DNA of 64,000 bases, taken from Amphiscolops sp. MND2022 (taxonomy: Eukaryota). The stretch is taken from the NCBI GenBank assembly GCA_964187785.1, contig OZ076416.1, positions 40,920,001 to 40,984,000 on the forward strand. The letters run 5' to 3'. Below are positions 38,101 to 53,300 of the stretch, piece after piece (the stretch's first letter is position 1; each line of letters begins with the position of its first letter). The notes under the pieces were generated by a model. It ran no database searches. It was given only the letters and a program-made list of their open reading frames with translations, and was not told the origin of the DNA. The translations under genes were made by a program, and so were the position numbers.

Positions 38101-38290
38101 GAAATTTGCACAAAAATTGATTGTGGTTGAAAATGAGACGCCCGACGAGTGGTAAAAGTCAACAACTTACTTTGAAAAAAAATACCATTCTGCGTACTTG
38201 AAGAAACGATAGAGTGAACTTTTATTTACTGAAGTAATAAGATACCAAAAACTGCCGTGATTGAAATATTTTTAAGCAGATGCGTCGGGG
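35121..38290 (+). pseudogene. Decayed leucine-rich-repeat protein gene (least-deleted copy of the array)
   Basis: Broken LRR-like strings (VLEKLGSFKQYILNHDVINISITTSTKLK; ELLGIIGENSSKKLNTFRKLIF; TSLEYLQAGLIEVFQKFFFEK), LRRCT-like NP...W and LRRNT-like PCYCY remnants, with many stops and frameshifts. Confidence 0.5.
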
Positions 38291-41200
38291 GCAATGTGAG
38301 AAACAAAATTTAAAAACCAGCCTAATAACTGGAAGATCTAGTCTGTCACTTAACAACACTGTTGATCACAAGAATGTTCTCAGAGTTTTGGAGAAATTGG
38401 GCTCTACTAAGCAGTAATTTTGAATCATGATGTTATAAATATTTCAACAACGATTTCTACAAAACTAAAGGATTATCAAAATCTGCCCTTTTCGCAAGTC
38501 TGCCAAAGTTGAGGAAACTTTGTGTTGTAGCTGTTGTAATTCACAAACGAGAGGGTGCTCCGAGCTTCGCTCAGGATAAAGAATATTTAATTCAACAATT
38601 TGTTACCACAATTCAAATCAAAAGAGCTCTTGGGAAACATTAGAGAAAAACCTTCCAAGGAAATAAACACGTTCAGAAAACTCATATTCCAAATGATCTT
38701 GAAATGCGTTTCATCAGACATGTTTTGAAATGTAATACTATTGAAGAGTTAATGACCATTAACAAGCTTAAACATAAAAACCGGAAGCTGGGAGTAAAGC
38801 CCGTCATTCAATGGTAAAATTCTTTGTTCGGCGATTTCGACTATTCACAAAAACGGTAAGTCAAATCGTTTGTTTTGTACCAGAACTGGAAAAACATTAA
38901 ATCTGGCGTTGCTGTTTCCATTTTCAACCCCAAGATTGGATGTATGTTTAATACTAGCATTAATTTTTTCATTAAATCTGCTGGCCTTTAATCAACTGCG
39001 TTGTGGTAGATAGAGAAAATATGCCTCCCACTGTCGTAAATCAGCTGTTAATTATATCGCTTCTTCCATCATTCCTCATTTAAATTTGAAAATTCGGTTC
39101 TGAGAACTGATCTTTGCAATGGGCAGGTGGGGGAAAAGGGCGAACCGTGTTGCTGTATTCCCACCGAGTCGCCACATTCCAGTATTGGAGACATTCATAA
39201 AAGACAGTATTCTCACTGAATGTGAGAACCAATATGAAAACATCATTTCCCGATCGTGCCACTTCGTTTCATATTCATTTTTGTTATCGAATCCTAGCAG
39301 CCATAGATATGAGGACAAATTTGTATGATGAATTGGATTTTGAGGAGCGCTATCCAACAAATTGAGCGGACCCGAGCCAACGGGGGAGCTCGAATCACTG
39401 GCTGAATAAAACCATCTATTCATCACACTGAAAACGATAACGCGTCGGTGGAAGTGAAAAGAATTCATGTTGTTTCAGATACATTAAACGAATTAGGCTG
39501 ACATTACCTTCTGGAGACAATTTCACAGAAAACTGATACATTTTCCATGGAACAAATTACAACTAAAATTCTAATTTCCTTTCATATTACTTCTGCTAAC
39601 AAGACTTTATCAAGTAACAACAGCGGTTTGAATTTTTGCCCGTTTTGGTCTGCTTTTTACCTACTAAAAGATTCCTGTTGTTGGACATCCTGCATTCCTC
39701 AATACTTATTATGCAAAATTGAGTTTCTCGTTTGTTTGAAATTTGCACAAAAATTGATTGTGGTTGAAAATGAGACGCCCGACGAGTGGTAAAAGTCAAC
39801 AACTTACTTTGAAAAAAAATACCATTCTGCGTACTTGAAGAAACGATAGAGTGAACTTTTATTTACTGAAGTAATAAGATACCAAAAACTGCCGTGATTG
39901 AAATATTTTTATGCAGATAAGTCGGGGGCAATGTGAGAAACAAAATTTAAAAACCAGCCTAATAACTGGAAGATCTAGTCTGTCACTTAACAACACTGTT
40001 GATCACAAGAATGTTCTCAGAGTTTTGGAGAAATTGGGCTCTACTAAGCAGTAATTTTGAATCATGATGTTATAAATATTTCAACAACGATTTCTACAAA
40101 ACTAAAGGATCATCAAAATCTGCCCTTTTCGCAAGTCTGCCAAAGTTGAGGAAACTTTGTGTTGTAGCTGTTGTAATTCACAAACGAGAGGGTGCTCCGA
40201 GCTTCGCTCAGGATAAAGAATATTTAATTCAACAATTTGTTACCACAATTCGAATCAAAAGAGCTCTTGGGAAACATTAGAGAAAAACCTTCCAAGGAAA
40301 TAAACACGTTCAGAAAACTCATATTCCAAATGATCTTGAAATGCGTTTCATCAGACATGTTTTGAAATGTAATACTATTGAAGAGTTAATGACCATTAAC
40401 AAGCTTAAACATGAAAACCGGAAGCTGGGAGTAAAGCCCGTCATTCAATGGTAAAATTCTTTGTTCGGCGATTTCGACTATTCACAAAAACGGTAAGTCA
40501 AATCGTTTGTTTTGTACCAGAACTGGAAAAACATTAAATCTGGCGTTGCTGTTTCCATTTTCAACCCCAAGATTGGATGTATGTTTAATACTAGCATTAA
40601 CTTTTTCATTAAATCTGCTGCCCCTTAATCAACTGCGTTGTGGTAGATAGAGAAAATATGCCTCCCACTGTCGTAAATCAGCTGTTAATTATATCGCTTC
40701 TTCCATCATTCCTCATTTAAATTTGAAAATTCGGTTCTGAGAAATGATCTTTGCAATGGGCAGGGGGAAAAGGGCGAACCGTGTTGCTGTATTCCCACCG
40801 AGTCGCCACATTCCAGTATTGGAGACATTCATAAAAGACAGTATTCTCACTGAATGTGAGAACCAATATGAAAACATCATTTCCCGATCGTGCCACTTCG
40901 TTTCATATTCATTTTTGTTATCGAATCCTAGCAGCCATAGATATGAGGTCAAATTTGTATGATGAATTGGATTTTGAGGAGCGCTATCCAACAAATTGAG
41001 CGGACCCGAGCCAACGGGGGAGCTCGAATCACTGGCTGGATAAAACCATCTATTCATCACACTGAAAACGATAACGCGTCGGTGGAAGTGAAAAGAATTC
41101 ATGTTGTTTCAGATACATTAAACGAATTAGGCTGACATTACCTTCTGGAGACAATTTCACAGAAAACTGATACATTTTCCATGGAACAAATTACAACTAA

Positions 41201-44200
41201 AATTCTAATTTCCTTTCATATTACTTCTGCTAACAAGACTTTATCAAGTAACAACAGCGGTTTGAATTTTTGCCCGTTTTGGTCTGCTTTTTACCTACTA
41301 AAAGATTCCTGTTGTTGGACATCCTGCATTCCTCAATACTTATTATGCAAAATTGAGTTTCTCGTTTGTTTGAAATTTGCACAAAAATTGATTGTGGTTG
41401 AAAATGAGACGCCCGACGAGTGGTAAAAGTCAACAACTTACTTTGAAAAAAAAACCATTCTGCGTACTTGAAGAAACGATAGAGTGAACTTTTATTTACT
41501 GAAGTAATAAGATACCAAAAACTGCCGTGATTGAAATATTTTTATGCAGATGCGTCGGGGGCAATGTGAGAAACAAAATTTAAAAACCAGCCTAATAACT
41601 GGAAGATCTAGTCTGTCACTTAACAACACTGTTGATCACAAGAATGTTCTGAGTTTTGGAGAAATTGGGCTCTACTAAGCAGTAATTTTGAATCATGATG
41701 TTATAAATATTTCAACAACGATTTCTACAAAACTAAAGGATTATCAAAATCTGCCCTTTTCGCAAGTCTGCCAAAGTTGAGGAAACTTTGTGTTGTAGCT
41801 GTTGTAATTCACAAACGAGAGGGTGCTCCGAGCTTCGCTCAGGATAAAGAATATTTAATTCAACAATTTGTTACCACAATTCGAATCAAAAGAGCTCTTG
41901 GGAAACATTAGAGAAAAACCTTCCAAGGAAATAAACACGTTCAGAAAACTCATATTCCAAATGATCTTGAAATGCGTTTCATCAGACATGTTTTGAAATG
42001 TAATACTATTGAAGAGTTAATGACCATTAACAAGCTTAAACATAAAAACCGGAAGCTGGGAGTAAAGCCCGTCATTCAATGGTAAAATTCTTTGTTCGGC
42101 GATTTCGACTATTCACAAAAACGGTAAGTCAAATCGTTTGTTTTGTACCAGAACTGGAAAAACATTAAATCTGGCGTTGCTGTTTCCATTTTCAACCCCA
42201 AGATTGGATGTATGTTTAATACTAGCATTAACTTTTTCATTAAATCTGCTGGCCCTTAATCAACTGCGTTGTGGTAGATAGAGAAAATATGCCTCCCACT
42301 GTCGTAAATCAGCTGTTAATTATATCGCTTCTTCCATCATTCCTCATTTAAATTTGAAAATTCGGTTCTGAGAAATGATCTTTGCAATGGGCAGGTGGGG
42401 GAAAAGGGCGAACCGTGTTGCTGTATTCCCACCGAGTCGCCACATTCCAGTATTGGAGACATTCATAAAAGACAGTATTCTCACTGAATGTGAGAACCAA
42501 TATGAAAACATCATTTCCCGATCGTGCCACTTCGTTTCATATTCATTTTTGTTATCGAATCCTAGCAGCCATAGATATGAGGTCAAATTTGTTTGATGAA
42601 TTGGATTTTGAGGAGCGCTATCCAACAAATTGAGCGGACCCGAGCCAACGGGGGAGCTCGAATCACTGGCTGGATAAAACCATCTATTCATCACACTGAA
42701 AACGATAACGCGTCGGTGGAAGTGAAAAGAATTCATGTTGTTTCAGATACATTAAACGAATTAGGCTGACATTACCTTCTGGAGACAATTTCACAGAAAA
42801 CTGATACATTTTCCATGGAACAAATTACAACTAAAAGTCTAATTTCCTTTCATATTACTTCTGCTAACAAGACTTTATCAAGTAACAACAGCGGTTTGAA
42901 TTTTTGCCCGTTTTGGTCTGCTTTTTACCTACTAAAAGATTCCTGTTGTTGGACATCCTGCATTCCTCAATACTTATTATGCAAAATTGAGTTTCTCGTT
43001 TGTTTGAAATTTGCACAAAAATTGATTGTGGTTGAAAATGAGACGCCCGACGAGTGGTAAAAGTCAACAACTTACTTTGAAAAAAAAACCATTCTGCGTA
43101 CTTGAAGAAACGATAGAGTGAACTTTTATTTACTGAAGTAATAAGATACCAAAAACTGCCGTGATTGAAATATTTTTATGCAGATGCGTCGGGGGCAATG
43201 TGAGAAACAAAATTTAAAAACCAGCCTAATAACTGGAAGATCTAGTCTGTCACTTAACAACACTGTTGATCACAAGAATGTTCTCAGAGTTTTGGAGAAA
43301 TTGGGCTCTACTAAGCAGTAATTTTGAATCATGATGTTATAAATATTTCAACAACGATTTCTACAAAACTAAAGGATTATCAAAATCTGCCCTTTTCGCA
43401 AGTCTGCCAAAGTTGAGGAAACTTTGTGTTGTAGCTGTTGTAATTCACAAACGAGAGGGTGCTCCGAGCTTCGCTCAGGATAAAGAATATTTAATTCAAC
43501 AATTTGTTACCACAATTCGAATCAAAAGAGCTCTTGGGAAACATTAGAGAAAAACCTTCCAAGGAAATAAACACGTTCAGAAAACTCATATTCCAAATGA
43601 TCTTGAAATGCGTTCCATCAGACATGTTTTGAAATGTAATACTATTGAAGAGTTAATGACCATTAACAAGCTTAAACATAAAAACCGGAAGCTGGGAGTA
43701 AAGCCCGTCATTCAATGGTAAAATTCTTTGTTCGGCGATTTCGACTATTCACAAAAACGGTAAGTCAAATCGTTCGTTTTGTACCAGAACTGGAAAAACA
43801 TTAAATCTGGCGTTGCTGTTTCCATTTTCAACCCCAAGATTGGATGTATGTTTAATACTAGCATTAACTTTTTCATTAAATCTGCTGGCCCTTAATCAAC
43901 TGCGTTGTGGTAGAGAGAAAATATGCCTCCCACTGTCGTAAATCAGCTGTTAATTATATCGCTTCTTCCATCATTCCTCATTTAAATTTGAAAATTCGGT
44001 TCTGAGAAATGATCTTTGCAATGGGCAGGTGGGGGAAAAGGGCGAAAGGGCGAACCGTGTTGCTGTATTCCCACCGAGTCGCCACATTCCAGTATTGGAG
44101 ACATTTATAAATAACAGTATTCTCACTGAATGTGAGAACCAATATGAAAACATCATTTCCCGATCGTGCCACTTCGTTTCATATTCATTTTTGTTATCGA

Positions 44201-44388
44201 ATCCTAGCAGCCATAGATATGAGGTCAAATTTGTATGATGAATTGGATTTTGAGGAGCGCTATCCAACAAATTGAGCGGACCCGAGCCAACGGGGGAGCT
44301 CGAATCACTGGCTGGATAAAACCATCTATTCATCATACTGAAAACGATAACGCGTCGGTGGAAGTGAAAAGAATTCATGTTGTTTCAG
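37841..44388. repeat. Tandem array of four ~1,634-bp units
   Basis: GATACATTAAACG unit starts at ~37841, 39478, 41112 and 42746; repeated ORFs are spaced 1637/1634/1634. Confidence 0.95.
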
Positions 44389-47300
44389 ATGAACCTATCA
44401 AGGCGGCCACTGATGACATGAAAAACCACAAGTACGCCACGGTTTTTACGGCCGCTGTAACCGCTGCTGCAGAGATAGTAGACGGTCAAACTACGACTAG
44501 ACCCCGGGATACCATATCGCCACCACAAGTCGCGCACGTTCGCTCTCCGTGTAACTGTTATACCTAAATTGTGGTTTAATCCTGGAAGTTTTTTCTTCCA
44601 GATTCTCAAATCTAAAGTTACGATTTAAACACCTAGTTATTTTGGATTATCAAGTCAAGGATAAAATAAAACTTTCCTTTTCATCTTGAAGTTAAAAATT
44701 CATCAGTCCTCAATAATAACTGACGTTGGTTTCAAAATTTCCGTTTGTTTCATTCGTTTAAACAAAATGTTTGATGTGCATTAGAATTTGTTTCTTCCTA
44801 CGCAGTTTACGTTTTCCAGTGTTATCGTTCTTTGGGCTTTTCCGAAATATTGTTGTAATTTTTCCAAGATACATTAAACGAATTAGGCTGACATTACCTT
44901 CTGGAGACAATTTCACAGAAAACTGATACAATTTCCATGGAACAAATTACAACTAAAATTCAAATTTCCTCTCATATTACTTCTGCTAACAAGACTTTAT
45001 CAAGTAACAACAGCGGTGTTTGAATTTAATTTTTGCCCGTTTTGGTCTGCTTTTTACCTACTAAAAGTTTCCTGTTGTTGGATATCCTGCATTTCTCAAT
45101 ACTTATTATGCAAAATTGAGTTTCTCGTTTGTTTGAAATTTGCGCAATAATTGATTGTGGTTGAAAATGAGACGCCCGATGAGTAATATAAGTCAACAAC
45201 CTACTTTGAAAAAAATGACTTCAATTTTACGCAAGTTTTTGCGCCCTCTCAAGGATCGTTTTTTTTTCAGAATTTTGAGGTTTTATCGATATTTCCAAGA
45301 ATTAATCCATTAAGCGAAACTCTTAACAGGTCCAGACTCTTTTTAAAGCTATTCAAACCGGAGAAATTCATGAATAGATATGAGTGTTATTAGGTTCAGG
45401 GAGAGTAATTAAGCTAATCGAGATTTTACTGATAGCCTACAACGGAACAAGTTACTTTTGATTAGCTTCAATTTAACACTAACCAGCTTCTTGAGAATCC
45501 CCAGCTCCATTAGCAACCGTAACATTTTTGGAGTTCGCGGTTATGTCAAGAGAATTGAGCCACTTCGTTTCATAATCATTTTTATTTATGATGAATTGGA
45601 TTTTGAGGAGCGCTATCCAACAAATTGAGCGGACCCGAGCCAACGGGGGAGCTCGAATCACTGGCTGGATAAAACCATCTATTCATCATACTGAAAACGA
45701 TAGCGCGTCGGTGGAAGTGAAAAGAATTCATGTTGTTTCAGATGAACCTATCAACGCGGCCACTGATGACATGAGAAACCACAAGTACGCCACGGTTTTT
45801 ACAGCCGCTGTAACCGCTGCTGCTGAGATAGTAGACGGTCAAACTACGACTAGACCCCGGGATACCATACCGCCACCACAAGTCGCGCACGTTCGCTCTC
45901 CGTGTAACTGTTATACCTAAATTTTGGTTTAATCCTGGAAGTTTTTTCTTCCAGATTCTCAAATCTAAAGTTACGTTTTAAACACCTAGTTATTTTGGAT
46001 TATCAAGTCAAGGATAAAATAAAACTTTCCTTTTCATCTTGAATTTAAAAATTTATCAGTCCTCAATAATAACTGACGTTGGTTTCAAAATTTCCGTTTG
46101 TTTCATTTGTTTAAACAAAATGTTTGATGTGCATTAGAATTTGTTTCTTCCTACGCAGTTTACGTTTTCCAGTGTTATCGTTCTTTGGGCTTTTCCGAAA
46201 TATTGTTGATATTTTTCCAAGATACATTAAACGAATTAGGCTGACATTACCTCCTGGAGACAATTTCACAGAAAACTGATACATTTTCCATGGAACAAAT
46301 TACAACTAAAATTCAAATTTCCTCTCATATTACTTCTGCTAACAAGACTTTATCAAGTATCAACAGCGGTGTTTGAATTTTTGCCCGTTTTGGTCTGCTT
46401 TTCACCTACTAAAAGTTTCCTGTTGTTGGATATCCTGCATTTCTCAATACTTATTAAGCAAAATTGAGTTTCTTGTTCGTTTGAAATTTGCGCAATAATT
46501 GATTGTGGTTGAAAATGAGACGCCCGATGAGTAATATAAGTCAACAACTTACTTTGAAAAAATATCACTTCAATTTTACGCAAGTTTTTGCGCCCTCTCA
46601 AGGATCGTTTTTTTTCAGAATTTTGAGGTTTTATCGATATTTCCAAGAATTAATCCATTAAGCGAAACTCTTAACAGGTCCAGACTCTTTTTATAGCTAT
46701 TCAAACCGGAGAAATTCATGAATAGAATGAGTGTTATTAGGTTCAGGGAGAGTAATTAAGCTAATCGAGATTTTACTGATAGCCTCCAACGGAACAAGTT
46801 ACCTTTGATCAGCTTCAATATAACACTAACCAGCTTCTTGAGAATCCCCAGCTCCATTAGCAACCGTAACATTTTTGGAGTTCGCGGTTATGTCAAGAGA
46901 AGTGAGCCACTTCGTTTCATATTCATTTTTATCGAATCCTAGCAGCCATAGATCTGAGGTCAAATTTGTATGATGAATTGGATTTTGAGGAGCGCTATCC
47001 AACAAATTGAGCGGACCCGAGCCAACGGGGGAGCTCGAATCACTGGCTGGATAAAACCATCTATTTATCATACTGAAAATGATAACGCGTCGGTGGAAGT
47101 GAAAAGAATTCATGTTTCAGATGAACCTATCAACGCGGCCACTGATGACATGAAAAACCACAAGTACGCCATGGTTTTTACAGCCGCTGTAACCGCTGCT
47201 GCTGAGATAGTAGACGGTCAAACTACGACTAGACCCCGGGATACCACACCGCCACCACAAGTCGCGCACGTTCGCTCTCCGTGTTACTGTTATACCTAAA

Positions 47301-50300
47301 TAGTGGTTTAATCCTGGAAGTTTTTTCTTCCAGATTCTCAAATCTAAAGTTATGTTTTAAACACCTAAAAATTTTGGATTATCAAGTCAATGATAAATTA
47401 AAACTTTCCTTTTCATCTTGAAGTTCAAAATTCATCAGTCCTCAATAATAACTGACGTTGGTTTCAAAATTTCCGTTTGTTTCTTTTTTTAAACAAAATG
47501 TTTGATGTGCATTAGAATTTGTTTCTTCCTACGCAGTTTAGGTTTTCCAGTGTTATCGCTCTTTGGGCTTTTCCGAAATATTGTTGATATTTTTCCAAGA
47601 TACATTAAACGAATTAGGCTGACATTACCTTCTGGAGACAATTTCACAGAAAACTGATACATTTTCCATGGAACAAATTACAACAAAAATTCTAATTTCC
47701 TGTCATATTACTTCTGCTAACAAGACTTTATCAAGTAACAGCGGTGTTTGAATTTTTGCCCGTTTTGGTCTGCTTTTTACCTACTAAAAGTCTCCTGTTG
47801 TTGGATATCCTGCATTTCTCAATACTTATTATGCAAAACTGAGTTTCTCGTTTGTTTGAAATTTGCGCAATAATTGATTGTGGTTGAAAATGAGACGCCC
47901 GATGAGTGATATAAGACAACTTACTTTGAAAAAAAAATCACTTCAATTTCACGCAAGTTTTTGCGCCCTCTCAAGGATCGTTTGTTTATTTTCAGAATTT
48001 TGAGGTTTTATCGATACTTCCAAGAATTAATCCATTAAGCAAAACTCTTAACAGGTCCAGACTCTTTTTATAGCTATTCAAACCGGAGAAATTCATGAAT
48101 AGATATGAGTGTTATTAGGTTCAGGGAGAGTAATTAGGCTAATCGAGATTTTACTGATAGCCTCCAACGGAACAAGTCACCTTTGATTAGCTTCAATATA
48201 ACACTAACCAGCTTCTTGAGAATCCCCAGCTCCATTAGCAACCGTAACAATTTTGGAGTTCGCGGTTATGTCAAGAGAAGTGAGCCACTTCGTTTCATAT
48301 TCATTTTTATCGAATCCTAGCAGCCATAGATCTGAGGTCAAATTTGTATGATGAATTGGATTTTGAGGAGCGCTATCCAACAAATTGAGCGGACCCGAGC
48401 CAACGGGGGAGCTCGAATCACTGGCTGGATAAAACCATCTATTTATCATACTGAAAATGATAACGCGTCGGTGGAAGTGAAAAGAATTCATGTTTCAGAT
48501 GAACCTATCAACGCGGCCACTGATGACATGAAAAACCACAAGTACGCCATGGTTTTTACAGCCGCTGTAACCGCTGCTGCTGAGATAGTAGACGGTCAAA
48601 CTACGACTAGACCCCGGGATACCACACCGCCACCACAAGTCGCGCACGTTCGTTCTCCGTGTTACTGTTATACCTAAATAGTGGTTTAATCCTGGAAGTT
48701 TTTTCTTCCAGATTCTCAAATCTAAAGTTATGTTTTAAACACCTAAAAATTTTGGATTATCAAGTCAATGATAAATTAAAACTTTCCTTTTCATCTTGAA
48801 GTTAAAAATTCATCAGTCCTCAATAATAACTGACGTTGGTTTCAAAATTTCCGTTTGTTTCATTTGTTTAAACAAAATGTTTGATGTGCATTAGAATTTG
48901 TTTCTCCCTACGCAGTTTAGGTTTTCCAGTGTTATCGCTCTTTGGGCTTTTCCGAAATATTGTTGATATTTCTCCAAGATACATTAAACGAATTAGGCTG
49001 ACATTACCTTCTGGAGACAATTTCACAGAAAACTGATACATTTTCCATGGAACAAATTACAACAAAAATTCTAATTTCCTGTCATATTACTTCTGCTAAC
49101 AAGACTTTATCAAGTAACAGCGGTGTTTGAATTTTTGCCCGTTTTGGTCTGCTTTTTACCTACTAAAAGTCTCCTGTTGTTGGATATCCTGCATTTCTCA
49201 ATACTTATTATGCAAAATTGAGTTTCTCGTTCTGTTTGAAATTTGCGCAATAATTGATTGTGGTTGAAAATGAGACGCCCGATGAGTAATATAAGACAAC
49301 AACTTACTTTGAAAAAAAATCACTTCAATTTAACGCAAGTTTTTGCGCCCTCTCAAGGATCGTGTTTTTTTCAGAATCTTTGAGGTTTTATCAATATTTC
49401 CAAGAATTAATCCATTAACCGAAACTCTTAACAGGTACAGACTCTGTTTATAGCTATTCAAACCGGAGAAATTCATGAATAGATATGTGTTATTAGGTTC
49501 AGGGAGAGTAATTAGGCTAATCGAGATTTTACTGATAGCCTCCAACGGAACAAGTCACCTTTGATTAGCTTCAATATAACACTAACCAGCTTCTTGAGAA
49601 TCCCCAGCTCCATTAGCAACCGTAACATTTTTGGAGTTCGCGGTTATGTCAAGAGAAGTGAGCCACTTCGTTTCATATTCATTTTTATCGAATCCTAGCA
49701 GCCATAGATCTAAGGTCAAATTTGTATGATGAATTGGATTTTGAGGAGCGCTATCCAACAAATTGAGCGGACCCGAGCAAACGGGGGAGCTCGAATCACT
49801 GGCTGGATAAAACCATCTATTTATCATACTGAAAATGATAACGCGTCGGTGGAAGTGAAAAGAATTCATGTTTCAGATGAACCTATCAACGCCGCCACTG
49901 ATGACATGAAAAACCACAAGTACGCCATGGTTTTTACAGCCGCTGTAACCGCTGCTGCTGAGATAGTAGACGGTCAAACTACGACTAGACCCCGGGATAC
50001 CACACCGCCACCACAAGTCGCGCACGTTCGCTCTCACGTGTTACTGTTATACCTAAATAGTGGTTTAATCCTGGAAGTTTTTTCTTCCAGATTCTCAAAT
50101 CTAAAGTTATGTTTTAAACACCTAAAAATTTTGGACTATCAAGTCAATGATAAATTAAAACTTTCCTTTTCATCTTGAAGTTAAAAATTCATCAGTCCTC
50201 AATAATAACTGACGTTGGTTTCAAAATTTCCGTTTGTTTCATTCGTTTAAACAAAATGTTTGATGTGCATTAGAATTTGTTTCTTCCTACGCAGTCACCA

Positions 50301-53300
50301 CCCCGCCGATACCACGCAGATACCACACCGCCACCACAAGTCGCGCACGTTCGCTCTCCGTGTTACTGTTATACCTAAATAGTGGTTTAATCCTGGAAGT
50401 TTTTTCTTCCAGATTCTCAAATCTAAAGTTATGTTTTAAACACCTAAAAATTTTGGACTATCAAGTCAATGATAAATTAAAACTTTCCTTTTCATCTTGA
50501 AGTTAAAAATTCATCAGTCCTCAATAATAACTGACGTTGGTTTCAAAATTTCCGTTTGTTTCATTCGTTTAAACAAAATGTTTGATGTGCATTAGAATTT
50601 GTTTCTTCCTACGCAGTTTACGTTTTCCAGTGTTATCGCTCTTTGGGCTTTTCCGAAATATTGTTGATATTTTTCCAAGATACATTAAACGAATTAGGCT
50701 GACATTACCTTCTGGAGACAATTTCACAGAAAACTGATACATTTTCCATGGAACAAATTACAACTAAAATTCTAATTTCCTTTCATATTACTTCTGCTCA
50801 CAAGATTTTATCAAGTAACAACAGCGGTGTTTGAATTTTTGCCCGTTTTGGTCTGCTTTTTACCTTACTAAAAGTTTCTTGTTGTTGGATATCCTGCATT
50901 TCTCAATACTTATTATGCAAAATTGAGTTTCTCGTTTGTTTGAAATTTGCGCAATAATTGATTGTGGTTGAGAATGAGACGCCCGATGAGTAATACAAGA
51001 CAACAACTTACTTTGAAAAAAAATCACTTCAATTTAACGCAAGTTTTTGCGCCCTTTCAAGGATTGTTTTTTTTTCAAATTTTGAGGTTTTATCGATATT
51101 TCCAAGAATTAATCCATTAAGCGAAACTCTTAACAGGTCCAGACTCTTTTTATAGCTATTCAAACCGGAGAAATTCATGAATAGATATGAGTGTTATTAG
51201 GTTCAGGGAGAGTAATTAGGCTAATCGAGATTTTACTGATAGCCTCCAACGGAACAAGTCACCTTTGATTAGCTTCAATATAACACTAACCAGCTTCTTG
51301 AGAATCCCCAGCTCCATTAGCAACCGTAACAATTTTGGAGTTCGCGGTTATGTCAAGAGAAGTGAGCCACTTCGTTTCATATTCATTTTTATCGAATCCT
51401 AGCAGCCATAGATCTGAGGTCAAATTTGTATGATGAATTGGATTTTGAGGAGCGCTATCCAACAAATTGAGCGGACCCGAGCCAACGGGGGAGCTCGAAT
51501 CACTGGCTGGATAAAACCATCTATTTATCATACTGAAAATGATAACGCGTCGGTGGAAGTGAAAAGAATTCATGTTTCAGATGAACCTATCAACGCGGCC
51601 ACTGATGACATGAAAAACCACAAGTACGCCATGGTTTTTACAGCCGCTGTAACCGCTGCTGCTGAGATAGTAGACGGTCAAACTACGACTAGACCCCGGG
51701 ATACCACACCGCCACCACAAGTCGCGCACGTTCGCTCTCCGTGTTACTGTTATACCTAAATAGTGGTTTAATCCTGGAAGTTTTTTCTTCCAGATTCTCA
51801 AATCTAAAGTTATGTTTTAAACACCTAAAAATTTTGGATTATCAAGTCAATGATAAATTAAAACTTTCCTTTTCATCTTGAAGTTCAAAATTCATCAGTC
51901 CTCAATAATAACTGACGTTGGTTTCAAAATTTCCGTTTGTTTCTTTTTTTAAACAAAATGTTTGATGTGCATTAGAATTTGTTTCTTCCTACGCAGTTTA
52001 GGTTTTCCAGTGTTATCGCTCTTTGGGCTTTTCCGAAATATTGTTGATATTTTTCCAAGATACATTAAACGAATTAGGCTGACATTACCTTCTGGAGACA
52101 ATTTCACAGAAAACTGATACATTTTCCATGGAACAAATTACAACAAAAATTCTAATTTCCTGTCATATTACTTCTGCTAACAAGACTTTATCAAGTAACA
52201 GCGGTGTTTGAATTTTTGCCCGTTTTGGTCTGCTTTTTACCTACTAAAAGTCTCCTGTTGTTGGATATCCTGCATTTCTCAATACTTATTATGCAAAACT
52301 GAGTTTCTCGTTTGTTTGAAATTTGCGCAATAATTGATTGTGGTTGAAAATGAGACGCCCGATGAGTGATATAAGACAACTTACTTTGAAAAAAAAATCA
52401 CTTCAATTTCACGCAAGTTTTTGCGCCCTCTCAAGGATCGTTTGTTTATTTTCAGAATTTTGAGGTTTTATCGATACTTCCAAGAATTAATCCATTAAGC
52501 AAAACTCTTAACAGGTCCAGACTCTTTTTATAGCTATTCAAACCGGAGAAATTCATGAATAGATATGAGTGTTATTAGGTTCAGGGAGAGTAATTAGGCT
52601 AATCGAGATTTTACTGATAGCCTCCAACGGAACAAGTCACCTTTGATTAGCTTCAATATAACACTAACCAGCTTCTTGAGAATCCCCAGCTCCATTAGCA
52701 ACCGTAACAATTTTGGAGTTCGCGGTTATGTCAAGAGAAGTGAGCCACTTCGTTTCATATTCATTTTTATCGAATCCTAGCAGCCATAGATCTGAGGTCA
52801 AATTTGTATGATGAATTGGATTTTGAGGAGCGCTATCCAACAAATTGAGCGGACCCGAGCCAACGGGGGAGCTCGAATCACTGGCTGGATAAAACCATCT
52901 ATTTATCATACTGAAAATGATAACGCGTCGGTGGAAGTGAAAAGAATTCATGTTTCAGATGAACCTATCAACGCGGCCACTGATGACATGAAAAACCACA
53001 AGTACGCCATGGTTTTTACAGCCGCTGTAACCGCTGCTGCTGAGATAGTAGACGGTCAAACTACGACTAGACCCCGGGATACCACACCGCCACCACAAGT
53101 CGCGCACGTTCGTTCTCCGTGTTACTGTTATACCTAAATAGTGGTTTAATCCTGGAAGTTTTTTCTTCCAGATTCTCAAATCTAAAGTTATGTTTTAAAC
53201 ACCTAAAAATTTTGGATTATCAAGTCAATGATAAATTAAAACTTTCCTTTTCATCTTGAAGTTAAAAATTCATCAGTCCTCAATAATAACTGACGTTGGT

